64,000 nt of DNA from IMG/VR virus record IMGVR_UViG_3300027708_000015; one strand, 5' to 3'. Below, one piece after another: positions 16,445-25,944 of the stretch; position 1 is the first letter of the stretch, and the number at the start of each line of letters is the position of its first letter. Both the position numbers and the translations under genes were made by a program. Source of the DNA: a virus. Its lineage: Duplodnaviria > Caudoviricetes. The notes below the pieces were generated by a model. That model did no database searches. It had not been told where the DNA came from and saw only the letters and a list, made by a program, of their open reading frames with translations.

Positions 16445-18219
16445 TCTGTTATTTCTAGGTCTGTAGCATAGCTAGTAAACCCGTTTTCCTTGATAACTTT
16501 GAGTACATTGTTCACACGACCAATCAATTCGTCCTTGTGCGATATTAGGAATATGTTCTTTTTGCGTTCACGACTCATCTTTTTCAGCACTGCCAATGCG
16601 CCTTCTACACCCGATGCATCAAGCCCGTTGTCTATCAATTCGTCAACAAATAACAGGTTTATACCTTGATATAGGCTTTCCCAAACGTCTCTAAATGCCC
16701 AACTCAAGCCCAGAATCAAGCGATTGCGTTCGCCTCTCGACAGGTTATCAAAGTCTAAATCCTGTCCCAGCTGTGTGATCAACACAGTTAGATCGTTCTG
16801 AAACAGCACAGAGTGTGGCAAACCCATCTTGTCCAAGTAGTAGGTCAGACGATTGTTGAGATAAGCCAGGTTCTGATCGATGATTTTCTTGCGAATAAAC
16901 GAATCTTTTGACGTCAACAGCTTGAGCAAGAACTCCTGATGATCCTTTACACTGCTTAATTCGTTGACTCGATCCCAAGAAACTGTCTGCATGGCTGTGT
17001 GCTTGAGCTCATCTATCTGTTCTTGATAGGGATCTGCTTCGCCCGCTTTGATTTCCAGCTGTGTTTCCAAGCTCTTTAGATTGTTTTGATGCTTGAGTGC
17101 CTGTTCCACAGTGTCATAATAGGTATTGGGACGCTGTGCGACCTCGCCAACTGCGGCTATTTCACGGATGATCAGTGCCAGATCTGCAACAATCTTGTCG
17201 TGATAAGTGTTGGCATCAGTCATATGAGTAACAGCTTCTGCGGTCATTGACTCGTGTTTATGGTCATGCAGTTCTTGATCACAAGCGTGACATTTACGGT
17301 CTTGCAGTTTAGCCAGCTCGCCAGCGTACTTTTTTACGCTTCGCTCTGCTTGCGCTACCGCGCTATCTAACGTAGCCCGCTCCTTATTCAGGCTTTTCAG
17401 CTTTGCCGACGTGTCGTCGTAGACTTTTAGCTCCGCATGCTTCGCAAGCTCAGCTTCAATATCCACACTCTCTAGTTCTACTATCGCACGAGCAACCTTT
17501 TCAATTTCATTAGCATGCTGAGTATTCCACGCACTTTGCTTAGTAGTTAAACTGTCAATGCTCTTCTGAATACCTTCATTGCTACGTTTGACTGCTTCTA
17601 TATCTGCGTTTTCTTGTAGTATTTGATCTTTAGATTCTTTGATCAGCTCTTTGAGAGTCTCAGCTTTCTCACTTAGTATAGTAATACCCAGTAACTGCTC
17701 AATGATTGCTCGTTGATCGTTAGCTCGCATGCTTAAAAAAGGTTCAGTATAGGTATTCAATGCCACAATATGCTTGAACATGTCGTGACTCATGCCTATT
17801 AGATCATCCAAGTCCTTCTGAGTCTCACGCATATCACCTTGCGCATCATCTGTTTCTGCTGTTTCTTGTGCTTGGTCGTTGACAAAGAACTGTAGGATGT
17901 TCGGTTTACGCCCACGTTCAATGCGATAGTCTATACCATCTTTTTCAAATGCCAAGGTAACCAGCATACCTTTGTTATTAATTTTATTAACAAGGTTGTC
18001 TTTTTTAATATTGGTTAGGGCATTGCCATATAACGCAAAAGTCAATGCATTAACAATAGTAGTTTTGCCTGTTCCGTTACGTGATCCACTATCATCACCG
18101 CCTTGATCTAAGTTTTCTCCTAGTACAAGTGTCAAATTCTTCTGTGCAAAGTTTACAGCTTGGGTTTGATTGCCCACGCTCATAAAATTTCTAACGGTTA
18201 ATTCCTTAATATTGATCAT
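16441..18219 (-). CDS. gp46: Recombination endonuclease ATPase subunit (gp46; Rad50/SbcC-like)
   Basis: Walker A GSRNGTGKTT, zinc hook CHAC, signature LSRGE, Walker B LLFVDELID, and ISHK. Confidence 0.95.
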   Translation of the reverse strand: MINIKELTVRNFMSVGNQTQAVNFAQKNLTLVLGENLDQGGDDSGSRNGTGKTTIVNALTFALYGNALTNIKKDNLVNKINNKGMLVTLAFEKDGIDYRIERGRKPNILQFFVNDQAQETAETDDAQGDMRETQKDLDDLIGMSHDMFKHIVALNTYTEPFLSMRANDQRAIIEQLLGITILSEKAETLKELIKESKDQILQENADIEAVKRSNEGIQKSIDSLTTKQSAWNTQHANEIEKVARAIVELESVDIEAELAKHAELKVYDDTSAKLKSLNKERATLDSAVAQAERSVKKYAGELAKLQDRKCHACDQELHDHKHESMTAEAVTHMTDANTYHDKIVADLALIIREIAAVGEVAQRPNTYYDTVEQALKHQNNLKSLETQLEIKAGEADPYQEQIDELKHTAMQTVSWDRVNELSSVKDHQEFLLKLLTSKDSFIRKKIIDQNLAYLNNRLTYYLDKMGLPHSVLFQNDLTVLITQLGQDLDFDNLSRGERNRLILGLSWAFRDVWESLYQGINLLFVDELIDNGLDASGVEGALAVLKKMSRERKKNIFLISHKDELIGRVNNVLKVIKENGFTSYATDLEITE

Positions 18220-19229
18220 AGGCTACTGTAAATTTCCAGCAATTTGTTTTTGTCGTATGTTTCGCTGTCGATACTAATAATCTGATTGCTGACAATTTGA
18301 TCAATGCTTTCAAATGCTTGAATATCTATATTAGTATTGATTTCGATTTCTTTCTTTTCTGCGATAAGTGTAAGTTCACGTATGTCATAATCAGCAATGA
18401 ACTTCTCTTTGATAAAACTAGCTTCTTCAAAACTGATATCTATATCCAATGCCACACGTAAATGCTGTTTAGGCAGTATAATTTCATCTGCACGATCGAT
18501 CAATTCACTCAGTTTCAGTGTACGGAATGTGGGTTGAGCAGGCCAACTATGATAAACAGGTGTCTCACCCCATTGCATAATCATCATTCCGCGATCATCA
18601 TCCCATGCGTCTGAATAATTGTGTGGAAACGCATTGCCAATGTAAATCATATTTTCGTTTTGCTGACGCTTATGGAAGTGCCCGCTGAACCCCAGTTCAA
18701 AACCTTTGAATGCATCCACTTGTAGTTCGCCATGATCTGGCATCTGTACCATTGCGTTCATAAAGAACTTGGGCAATTCAAAATGACCAAAGCAGTATTT
18801 GCCCTTCATGTTCTTTATTCTTTTCCATTCGTCCCCGACAAGCCAAGGGCATAGTGTGACATCGCCGATAGTAGTAGGCTCGTGTACAACAGTAACACCG
18901 GGAATATACTTGCCAAATTCAACTGAATGTATGTCCCGTTTATCTTTGTAGTACAAATCATGATTGCCAGGAAAAAAGTAAAAATTATCAAAAGCCTTAC
19001 CCAGTTTTTCCAAGGCACGCAAACTATAATCCATCGTAGTGATATTAAGGCTATTGCGATTATGATGCCAATCACCCATAAAGATACCTGTATCACAACC
19101 TTCCTCCTTTGCTTTAGCAATGTACCAGTCTACAAAATCTTCACAGTCTTGATTGTGTACCGAGCTGTTAGATTTTAATCCAAAATGTATGTCCGTGAAG
19201 GCGGCAATCTTCTTAAACATATTACTCAT
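18216..19229 (-). CDS. gp47: Recombination endonuclease nuclease subunit (gp47; Mre11/SbcD-like)
   Basis: FTDIHFG, MGDWHH, GNHD, GHFE and SGHFH phosphoesterase motifs. Start at 19229 forms a TAATG overlap with the upstream ORF. Confidence 0.95.
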   Translation of the reverse strand: MSNMFKKIAAFTDIHFGLKSNSSVHNQDCEDFVDWYIAKAKEEGCDTGIFMGDWHHNRNSLNITTMDYSLRALEKLGKAFDNFYFFPGNHDLYYKDKRDIHSVEFGKYIPGVTVVHEPTTIGDVTLCPWLVGDEWKRIKNMKGKYCFGHFELPKFFMNAMVQMPDHGELQVDAFKGFELGFSGHFHKRQQNENMIYIGNAFPHNYSDAWDDDRGMMIMQWGETPVYHSWPAQPTFRTLKLSELIDRADEIILPKQHLRVALDIDISFEEASFIKEKFIADYDIRELTLIAEKKEIEINTNIDIQAFESIDQIVSNQIISIDSETYDKNKLLEIYSSL

Positions 19230-19393
19230 TAATAACATTCCTTGACAATGTAATATGTAGGTTTGGGATATTTGTTAGCAATATCGTTTTCTTTAATCCA
19301 TTTGTTCATATCTGGCGCATTAAAAAACATTTTGTTAACGACTACTTTATGTGTGGCCGACTCTACAATACTAAGATAGTTACTTTTACTCAC
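19229..19393 (-). CDS. Small hypothetical protein
   Basis: GTG at 19393 is preceded by AAGGAG; its stop overlaps the gp47 ATG. Confidence 0.6.
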   Translation of the reverse strand: MSKSNYLSIVESATHKVVVNKMFFNAPDMNKWIKENDIANKYPKPTYYIVKECY

Positions 19394-20219
19394 TGGGTGT
19401 TTCTCCTTCAAATCGTTTTAAAGCGGCCGCATGCTCGCCTGCACCAGTTCTTGAGTAGCTGGGGTTCATACCGTTGATTTCTAAGATATCATCTCGGATA
19501 TTTTGATTACGTTTTTCAATATTGATAACACGCACAAAACTGTTTGTAACTGCGGCAGTAAAATAAGCGAACGGATTATCTGATTTGCTTTCATCAAATT
19601 GCAAACCAATTTGTGTTAATTGTAGAATAGCTTGACCCTTCATCTCGTCATTGTATGTATAGCCACGTACATTGCCACGGGTGGCATATCTCTCACATAA
19701 CTTTAACATCATACGTGCCAAGGTGTTAGTAATTTGGCCAGCATCTTTGTCAAAGTGCCCTTTTTCTAAAGTGCCTTTCCAATGACTTTTACCTACACAA
19801 ACTAGCTCGTCGGCGTCATTATATTTCCAATGTTGAAAGGGCGGAAAATTCACTTTGTCTCTATGGTCAGCAAGACTTTTAGGATTCTTTTTGCGAGTAT
19901 TGTTAAGCGGAATATGGTCAAAAGTCATAACACGGAAAACGACATCTGTTTTTTGGATTTTTTTGTAGTCCACTTCACAGTCTGCTTGTTTGACTTTTTC
20001 TCCAGCTTTTTTACGAGTTTGATATTCTAGATCACCTTGTCGTTTGGCTCTATTACGTTTGGCCTCTGCTACAGTACGTATATTAATTTTGTCAATGCTT
20101 GGTATGATTAAATCATATTGATGAAACTCGGGACTTGAAAACACACAATACGAGCTTTTTGATTTGTGTATCTCTAACAACATATCCTTGTTGTTTAGGT
20201 AATTTACTTTAGCTGTCAT
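19386..20219 (-). CDS. gp55: Late-transcription sigma factor (T4 gp55-like)
   Basis: NYLNNKDML, YATRGNVRGYTYNDEMKGQAIL, FDESKSDNPFAYFT; located next to gp47/gp46 as in T4. Confidence 0.88.
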   Translation of the reverse strand: MTAKVNYLNNKDMLLEIHKSKSSYCVFSSPEFHQYDLIIPSIDKINIRTVAEAKRNRAKRQGDLEYQTRKKAGEKVKQADCEVDYKKIQKTDVVFRVMTFDHIPLNNTRKKNPKSLADHRDKVNFPPFQHWKYNDADELVCVGKSHWKGTLEKGHFDKDAGQITNTLARMMLKLCERYATRGNVRGYTYNDEMKGQAILQLTQIGLQFDESKSDNPFAYFTAAVTNSFVRVINIEKRNQNIRDDILEINGMNPSYSRTGAGEHAAALKRFEGETPSE

Positions 20220-20242
20220 TGATTCAGTTCTCCGGAATGTTA

Positions 20243-20271
20243 AGTATAAACTACGCAGTTAATAAAGTCAA
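20243..20271 (-). promoter_or_regulatory. Sigma70-type promoter for the gp55-gp47-gp46 operon
   Basis: TTGACT (20266-20271), 17-nt spacer, TATACT (20243-20248). Confidence 0.75.
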
Positions 20272-20278
20272 ATAAATA
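20272..20278 (+). promoter_or_regulatory. gp55-type late promoter (ATAAATA) for the baseplate operon
   Basis: 24 nt upstream of ATG 20303, abutting the -35 box of the divergent promoter. Confidence 0.65.
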
Positions 20279-20302
20279 ATACACCAAAAGGGGATATTAA
20301 TT

Positions 20303-21289
20303 ATGGCAGTTCTTGGATCGACAGTTACAACTCTCAGTGCTAGCTCAAATATTTTGAGCCAGACTACTAACGTTAGCCGCCAGGTAGCAAGTGGAATTGC
20401 TGGTATAACAGCAGTCAGCGATCTTGGATCTGCAATACGATCCGGTAGTATAGCTTCTGGTGCAGAAGCCATTGGAGACCTGAGCAGTGCATTTGCTTCA
20501 TTTGGTGGCGATGCAAATTCGAATGATTGGCGTGTCAGATTAAGTCTCCCTACTTGGCCAAGTTTTAGATCTAGCCCTGTGCTTGCTCCACTGAAAGATG
20601 CTGGAGGATTGATATTTCCCTATACCCCGCAAATTACTATTCAGAGCAGTGCCACTTATGGTGCAATAGAAACTGTGCATACAAACTACAAATTCCATGC
20701 ATTTAGAAACAGTGATCCCGGAACAATTACAGTAACAGCACCTATGAACGTGGAAGATCCAACACAGGGCTTGTACTGGATTGCCGCTGTGCATTATTTA
20801 CGCAGTCTGACTAAAATGTTTACAGGTCTTGATCCTAAAGCAGGTAACCCTCCTCCTATAGTTAAACTTAACGGATATGGCAATTTTGTTTTTAAGAATG
20901 TGCCTGTAGTGATAACTCAATTTTCAACAACACTGCCTAACGATTGTGATTACATCGCTGTGCCGGTAGTTGGCAGTGCCGCAGGTGCAATAGAAGGAAT
21001 TGCAGACGCATTAGGCGGAGCCGCAGATAGCCTCGGCGGAGCCGGTATTGGACTAGGCGGACTAGTGAATAGTGTAAGTAGTATAGCAGGTGGAATAGGT
21101 CAGATAGCAGGGCTTGCAGGATCTTTGGGACTGGGCGGAAAAACAAGCGGCGGCATTAGCTATGTACCAACAAAGAGTTCGTTCCAAATTACTCTACAAC
21201 CAATTTACAGTAGAACCAGTTCTCGTACATTTAGTCTTGATAGGTTTGTGCAAGGTGGTTATCTAAACAGCGCCTTTGGATACATTTAA
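20303..21289 (+). CDS. Baseplate tail-tube initiator/cap-like protein (gp48/gp54-like)
   Basis: DWRVRL, GLIFPYTPQI, GNPPPIVKLNGYGNFVFKNVPVVITQF, VPTKSSFQITLQPIY; first gene of the baseplate cluster. Confidence 0.55.
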   Translation: MAVLGSTVTTLSASSNILSQTTNVSRQVASGIAGITAVSDLGSAIRSGSIASGAEAIGDLSSAFASFGGDANSNDWRVRLSLPTWPSFRSSPVLAPLKDAGGLIFPYTPQITIQSSATYGAIETVHTNYKFHAFRNSDPGTITVTAPMNVEDPTQGLYWIAAVHYLRSLTKMFTGLDPKAGNPPPIVKLNGYGNFVFKNVPVVITQFSTTLPNDCDYIAVPVVGSAAGAIEGIADALGGAADSLGGAGIGLGGLVNSVSSIAGGIGQIAGLAGSLGLGGKTSGGISYVPTKSSFQITLQPIYSRTSSRTFSLDRFVQGGYLNSAFGYI

Positions 21290-21290
21290 T

Positions 21291-21590
21291 ATGGCAACTT
21301 ATACAAATACAAGTCCCTACTTTACAACCAGTATAACCAACAATCATCTTGGTACACTATCAATCAGACCAGTGAGTTCTGAAGTTGATGATATTCTATA
21401 TACAATACAACCACAATACACATATAGACCAGATCTATTGGCTCACGACCTTTACGGTGATTCTACACTGTGGTGGGTTTTCATTCAACGAAATTTAGAT
21501 GTTCTACAAGATCCTATACTTGATTTTATTCCCGGTAAACAAATTTATCTTTGTAAAAATAGTAGCCTAAAAACTGCCCTAGGAATATAA
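21291..21590 (+). CDS. Baseplate wedge LysM-like protein (gp53-like)
   Basis: YRPDLLAHDLYGDSTLWWVF...N...DPILDFIPG. ATG 21291 preferred over the track's TTG at 21276. Confidence 0.75.
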   Translation: MATYTNTSPYFTTSITNNHLGTLSIRPVSSEVDDILYTIQPQYTYRPDLLAHDLYGDSTLWWVFIQRNLDVLQDPILDFIPGKQIYLCKNSSLKTALGI

Positions 21591-21591
21591 C

Positions 21592-23808
21592 ATGAGCGGA
21601 GTAGACAGTTTAGTTCAGGTAGCCGCTGCCACAACTGCTGGACTAGCAGTAGTGCAAAGTCTATCATCATCCGGCCCAGCTAATTCTGTTTCGGCAGCGA
21701 GCGGAGCAACAGGATTATTTGGATCATTCTTCTCTGGCTCCGGCAATACCAAACTACCAGTGGCTAATCCACTACTAAACTATGCCAGCTATACATATCA
21801 GATAGGGTTAGGTGTGTTGACCAATGCACAGATAAACAATCCTAATCTTTACATGAAAGGCAACACGATTCCTTTGATTCTTAAAGATGCCAGTGCTAGT
21901 CCGCAGAATAGAGTAAAAACTCCCTACGGCACTTTTGAATTTTATATAGATAATTTAGAAATTGACACACTGCCAGTTCTCCAAACAAATGCCATGTCAA
22001 ATGTTACCAACATAACATTTAAAATTATTGAACCCTACAGCATGGGCATGTTTATGGTGGCACTACAAACAGCCGCTGCCAAAGCAGGGCATCAAAATTG
22101 GATACAAGCACCGTTTATAATCACTATAGATTTCAAAGGCAACAAGGAAACTGGAACCTTATCTAATATTCCCAAGACGAGTCGTAGGATTCCTATAAAG
22201 CTCACACAATCCGATATGACAGTAAATGAACAGGGATGTGTTTATTCGGTTTCGGCAATCCCATGGAATGGTCAAGCATATTCAAACGCAGATGCAGGCT
22301 TAAAAACAAATATAGCTATTTCTGGAAAAACTGTACAAGAAATATTGCAAACAGGACCAACCAGTCTTCAGGCAGTTATCAACGCAAAATTAAAACAGCA
22401 AGAAAAACAGGGAATAGTAAATCAAGCAGACGAAATTGTAATTCTATTTCCTCGAAGTTTAGAAACAGGCAAAGCTCCTGCTTCAACAGATCAAAAAGCT
22501 ACTACAGCGGTAGATGCAGACTCTATTAGCAAACAGATAGGAGTAACTAGAACTGGAACAATCGGCGATACCAAAGAAGGCATAAACAAAAATCTAATAC
22601 AATCATCTTCTGATGTTAATGAGCTGGGAGCATCCACATTGGGATTTAGTGAAATAAGACAGGGCGATACCACAGCAGGTAAAGAAAAAGACGTATGGAA
22701 AGAAAATTCCGGAGTGTATACTAGAGGAAACTTGGTAATTGATCCTGCAAAAAACGACATGCGATTTACTCAGAACATGGATATTTTTAATGTTATTAAT
22801 CAGGTCCTAATGATAAGTGATTTTTCTAAGAAAGCAATGAAAGGTGAAGCTGTAAGTGATAAAGGCACAAGGCCGCTATGGACTATAGATGCTCAAGTAT
22901 TCAATATAGATAGCAATGCTAATCTTAACAAGACAGGTATGTATCCTAGACTAATTGTTTATAGAGTGGCACGATACGAAGCACACACTCAACAAAATCA
23001 ACCAGTTAACACCGCACCAGTGGGTGTTGACAACTTGAAGAAAACAGTGGCTAAATCTTACAATTATATCTATACTGGCAAGAACGTGGATATAATAAAT
23101 TTTAATATTAAATTTGATGCCGGATTTGTAGGCAAGATGGGACAAGCCAAGTTGAATCAAAGTCAAGACATCACAAATAAAGCTAATGAAAGTGGCGCCC
23201 AAGAACTTAAAAAGGATGACTTTCAGTATCCTGAGGGCAAAGCACCACCTACAAGCGGAAGTTTTTTACCAGGAGTTGTGAGAGCTTTTGAAAACTGGTT
23301 AGGTACAGATTTCTACGGTGGTGGCGGCCCGGAAGATTACAGCACACGAGTAATGAGATCCTATTGGGATGCAGTTACCAGCATGTCTGACATGGTAGAA
23401 TTAGAATTAGAAATACTGGGTGATCCCTACTATATTATTCAAAGCGGATTAGCTAATTATTCGGGTTCTTTGGATTCGGACAATCTGCATGACGACGGTA
23501 GTATGGCGTATCAAAACGGACAGGTATTTATTAACGTAAATTTTAGAACGCCAGTTGACATAAATCTCACATCGGGAATGTATGATTTTGGAAAATCAGC
23601 CAAGACTGGTCCGGTACAGATGTGGTCCGGATTGTATAGAATTACAGAAGTACATAGCAAATTTCAAGGTGGTACATTTTTACAAACCCTAGACGGGATC
23701 AGATTGCCTAACCAGGAATTTCCTAGCTCTTCACAACCAACTAAGGACAAGCTCAATGGGCTGGTCCAAGCACCGCCTAACGGTGATCCCGCAACTACTC
23801 CAAAATAA
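21592..23808 (+). CDS. Baseplate hub protein (gp27/gpD-like)
   Basis: 738 aa between the LysM and spike genes; YNYIYTGKNVDIINFNIKFD, ELEILGDPYY, SGLYRITEVHSKFQGGTFLQTL. Confidence 0.55.
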   Translation: MSGVDSLVQVAAATTAGLAVVQSLSSSGPANSVSAASGATGLFGSFFSGSGNTKLPVANPLLNYASYTYQIGLGVLTNAQINNPNLYMKGNTIPLILKDASASPQNRVKTPYGTFEFYIDNLEIDTLPVLQTNAMSNVTNITFKIIEPYSMGMFMVALQTAAAKAGHQNWIQAPFIITIDFKGNKETGTLSNIPKTSRRIPIKLTQSDMTVNEQGCVYSVSAIPWNGQAYSNADAGLKTNIAISGKTVQEILQTGPTSLQAVINAKLKQQEKQGIVNQADEIVILFPRSLETGKAPASTDQKATTAVDADSISKQIGVTRTGTIGDTKEGINKNLIQSSSDVNELGASTLGFSEIRQGDTTAGKEKDVWKENSGVYTRGNLVIDPAKNDMRFTQNMDIFNVINQVLMISDFSKKAMKGEAVSDKGTRPLWTIDAQVFNIDSNANLNKTGMYPRLIVYRVARYEAHTQQNQPVNTAPVGVDNLKKTVAKSYNYIYTGKNVDIINFNIKFDAGFVGKMGQAKLNQSQDITNKANESGAQELKKDDFQYPEGKAPPTSGSFLPGVVRAFENWLGTDFYGGGGPEDYSTRVMRSYWDAVTSMSDMVELELEILGDPYYIIQSGLANYSGSLDSDNLHDDGSMAYQNGQVFINVNFRTPVDINLTSGMYDFGKSAKTGPVQMWSGLYRITEVHSKFQGGTFLQTLDGIRLPNQEFPSSSQPTKDKLNGLVQAPPNGDPATTPK

Positions 23809-23810
23809 AC

Positions 23811-25451
23811 ATGACAAGTCCAAATCGTATAGATTATAACGTTCCCAAGCAGACAGAGAAATCCGGACCCGGTCCATTCCTTGCCAGAGTGGTAAGCCAG
23901 GTTGATGACACATATATGGGAAGTCTAGAAGTTGAGCTTCTGGGACCTTCAGGAGCATCTTTAGAAATAGGACAGACAGTAACTGTCAAATACATGACTC
24001 CTTTCTATGGGATAACTAAAAAAACATCTGACCCTAATCTAAACACATTTCAGAATAGTCAACAGAGCTATGGTATGTGGATGGTGCCGCCTGATCCCGG
24101 AACCATAGTAATGGTCATATATGTCAATGCAGATCCCAAGCGAGCCTATTGGATTGGATGTGTGCCCGAAGAAAATATGAATTTTATGATGCCCGGTGTA
24201 GCCGCAACAGAACGAGTTGTAGAATATACCAAAGGCGATAACAATGTACCAGATGCGCATCTTGGACGGGCTCCTACTGGAGAATACAATAAACTCATTG
24301 CAGAAAATAACACAGCCGGAGATCCAGAATTAAAATTAAAACCACAGCATCCTTTTTTCACAACATTGCAAAATCAAGGCCTAACTCTAGATGATATTAG
24401 GGGAATAACCACTAGCAGTGCAAGACGAGAATTCCCCAGTGCAGTATTTGGAATCAGTACTCCTGGTCCGTTGGATAAAACTTCAGCAGGTAGAAGAGGC
24501 CCCAAGGGAAATATAGGTCAACAGATAAAGAATGCTCCGCTGAGTCGTCTAGGAGGTACTACATTTGTAATGGACGACGGTGATGACAAATTTATCAGAA
24601 TGACCAAAGCCAACGCCGGACCGCCTGTATACGAAGCATTGGAAGCATTGCCCGACCAGCAGGTACCTAGTGGTGATGTTACTGTGCCGCACAACGATTT
24701 GGTAAGAATACGCACACGAACCGGACATCAAATACTTTTACATAATAGTGAAGATTTAATTTACATTGCCAATGCTGCCGGAACCAGCTGGATAGAACTT
24801 ACCAGCGACGGCAAGATCGATATCTATGCCAATGATAGCATCAGTGTACATACCAAAGCAGATATGAATTTTTATGCAGACCGAGATATTAATATGGAAG
24901 CTGGTCGTAATATCAATATGAAATCTAAGACACGTACACAGTTAGAATCAACTGGGGATTTTAATTTCCTTGTAGGCGGCAATTACAAAGTTGCAGTTAC
25001 TGGCAATTACATTAATGTGCTAAAGAATTTAAATGTAACTGCAACCGCCGCCGTAAACTTAACCAGCCTAAATACAAATTTACGCAGTAGCAATAATATT
25101 ATAATGACAGCCAACACTATAAGTGAAAATAGTGCACCGGCAGCAACAGCAGTGTCTACTGCACCCAAGGCACTATCCGCATTTGATAATTTTTTCAACG
25201 CCACTGGAGGTAAGATAACCAGTATTATGAAACGTATACCAAATCACGAACCTTGGCCACAGCATGAAAATTTAGATCCATTATTCATGACACCTAGTTC
25301 CACTGATAGAGAAAATACAGAACCTATCAAGTTTACAGCAAATGCTAATAATCAGTTGGTACCAAAGTATTACTCAGTCTATACAACTGCTACAGATACC
25401 TTTACAAAATATAAAGGCACTGCAAGCGGTCCTACATCAGGAGGAAAATAA
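23811..25451 (+). CDS. gp5: Central spike protein (gp5/VgrG-like OB fold plus beta-helix; no lysozyme domain seen)
   Basis: ARVVSQVD..GSLEVELL, MWMVPPDPGTIVMV, YWIGCV, IRTRTGHQILLHNSE, then short beta-helical repeats. Confidence 0.7.
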   Translation: MTSPNRIDYNVPKQTEKSGPGPFLARVVSQVDDTYMGSLEVELLGPSGASLEIGQTVTVKYMTPFYGITKKTSDPNLNTFQNSQQSYGMWMVPPDPGTIVMVIYVNADPKRAYWIGCVPEENMNFMMPGVAATERVVEYTKGDNNVPDAHLGRAPTGEYNKLIAENNTAGDPELKLKPQHPFFTTLQNQGLTLDDIRGITTSSARREFPSAVFGISTPGPLDKTSAGRRGPKGNIGQQIKNAPLSRLGGTTFVMDDGDDKFIRMTKANAGPPVYEALEALPDQQVPSGDVTVPHNDLVRIRTRTGHQILLHNSEDLIYIANAAGTSWIELTSDGKIDIYANDSISVHTKADMNFYADRDINMEAGRNINMKSKTRTQLESTGDFNFLVGGNYKVAVTGNYINVLKNLNVTATAAVNLTSLNTNLRSSNNIIMTANTISENSAPAATAVSTAPKALSAFDNFFNATGGKITSIMKRIPNHEPWPQHENLDPLFMTPSSTDRENTEPIKFTANANNQLVPKYYSVYTTATDTFTKYKGTASGPTSGGK

Positions 25452-25897
25452 TGTCCGATAGTTTACATACCAAAGTAGTTATTACTTCAAAGGCTACAAA
25501 TAATACAGTATCCAGTCCGAGAAAGTACAGAGGGTTTAGTACAGTCAGTACAACCACCCAGAATTTTGCATTGTATGATTTTGAATTGATCAAACAAGAT
25601 CTGCTAAACAGTTTTCATGTTCGGCAAGGTGAAAGATTGATGAATCCTGAATATGGGTGTGTGATATGGGATTTGTTGTTTGAACCATTAACTGATAATC
25701 TCAAAGAACTTATATTGCAAAATGTCAATCAAATAGTCAATGCTGACCCCAGAGTTCAGGCCAGTAATGTGATTGTTACCAGTTATGATACAGGGATACA
25801 GATAGAAGCAGTATTGACTTATCTGGTTTATAACCTACAACAGAAGTTGCAAATACAGTTTGATCAAACCAACGGTTTAACAGCGCAGACTGTATAA
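25451..25897 (+). CDS. gp25: Baseplate wedge/sheath-initiator protein (gp25-like)
   Basis: LIKQDLLNSFHVRQGERLMNPEYGCVIWDLLFEP...DPRV. Confidence 0.88.
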   Translation: MSDSLHTKVVITSKATNNTVSSPRKYRGFSTVSTTTQNFALYDFELIKQDLLNSFHVRQGERLMNPEYGCVIWDLLFEPLTDNLKELILQNVNQIVNADPRVQASNVIVTSYDTGIQIEAVLTYLVYNLQQKLQIQFDQTNGLTAQTV

Positions 25898-25919
25898 AAT
25901 ACACACATAATTTTATCAA

Positions 25920-25927
25920 ATAAATAC
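25920..25927 (+). promoter_or_regulatory. gp55-type late promoter (ATAAATAC)
   Basis: 17 nt upstream of ATG 25945. Confidence 0.65.
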
Positions 25928-25944
25928 AGTTATTAGGATCAATC

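Noticed and set aside
4499-19229. Inteins in capsid, portal or gp46/gp47
   Set aside because: Sizes are ordinary and no C/S...HN-C/S/T splice motifs or LAGLIDADG blocks were seen.
23811-25451. T4-type lysozyme domain in the gp5-like spike
   Set aside because: No lysozyme catalytic motif was recognised between the OB fold and the beta-helix.
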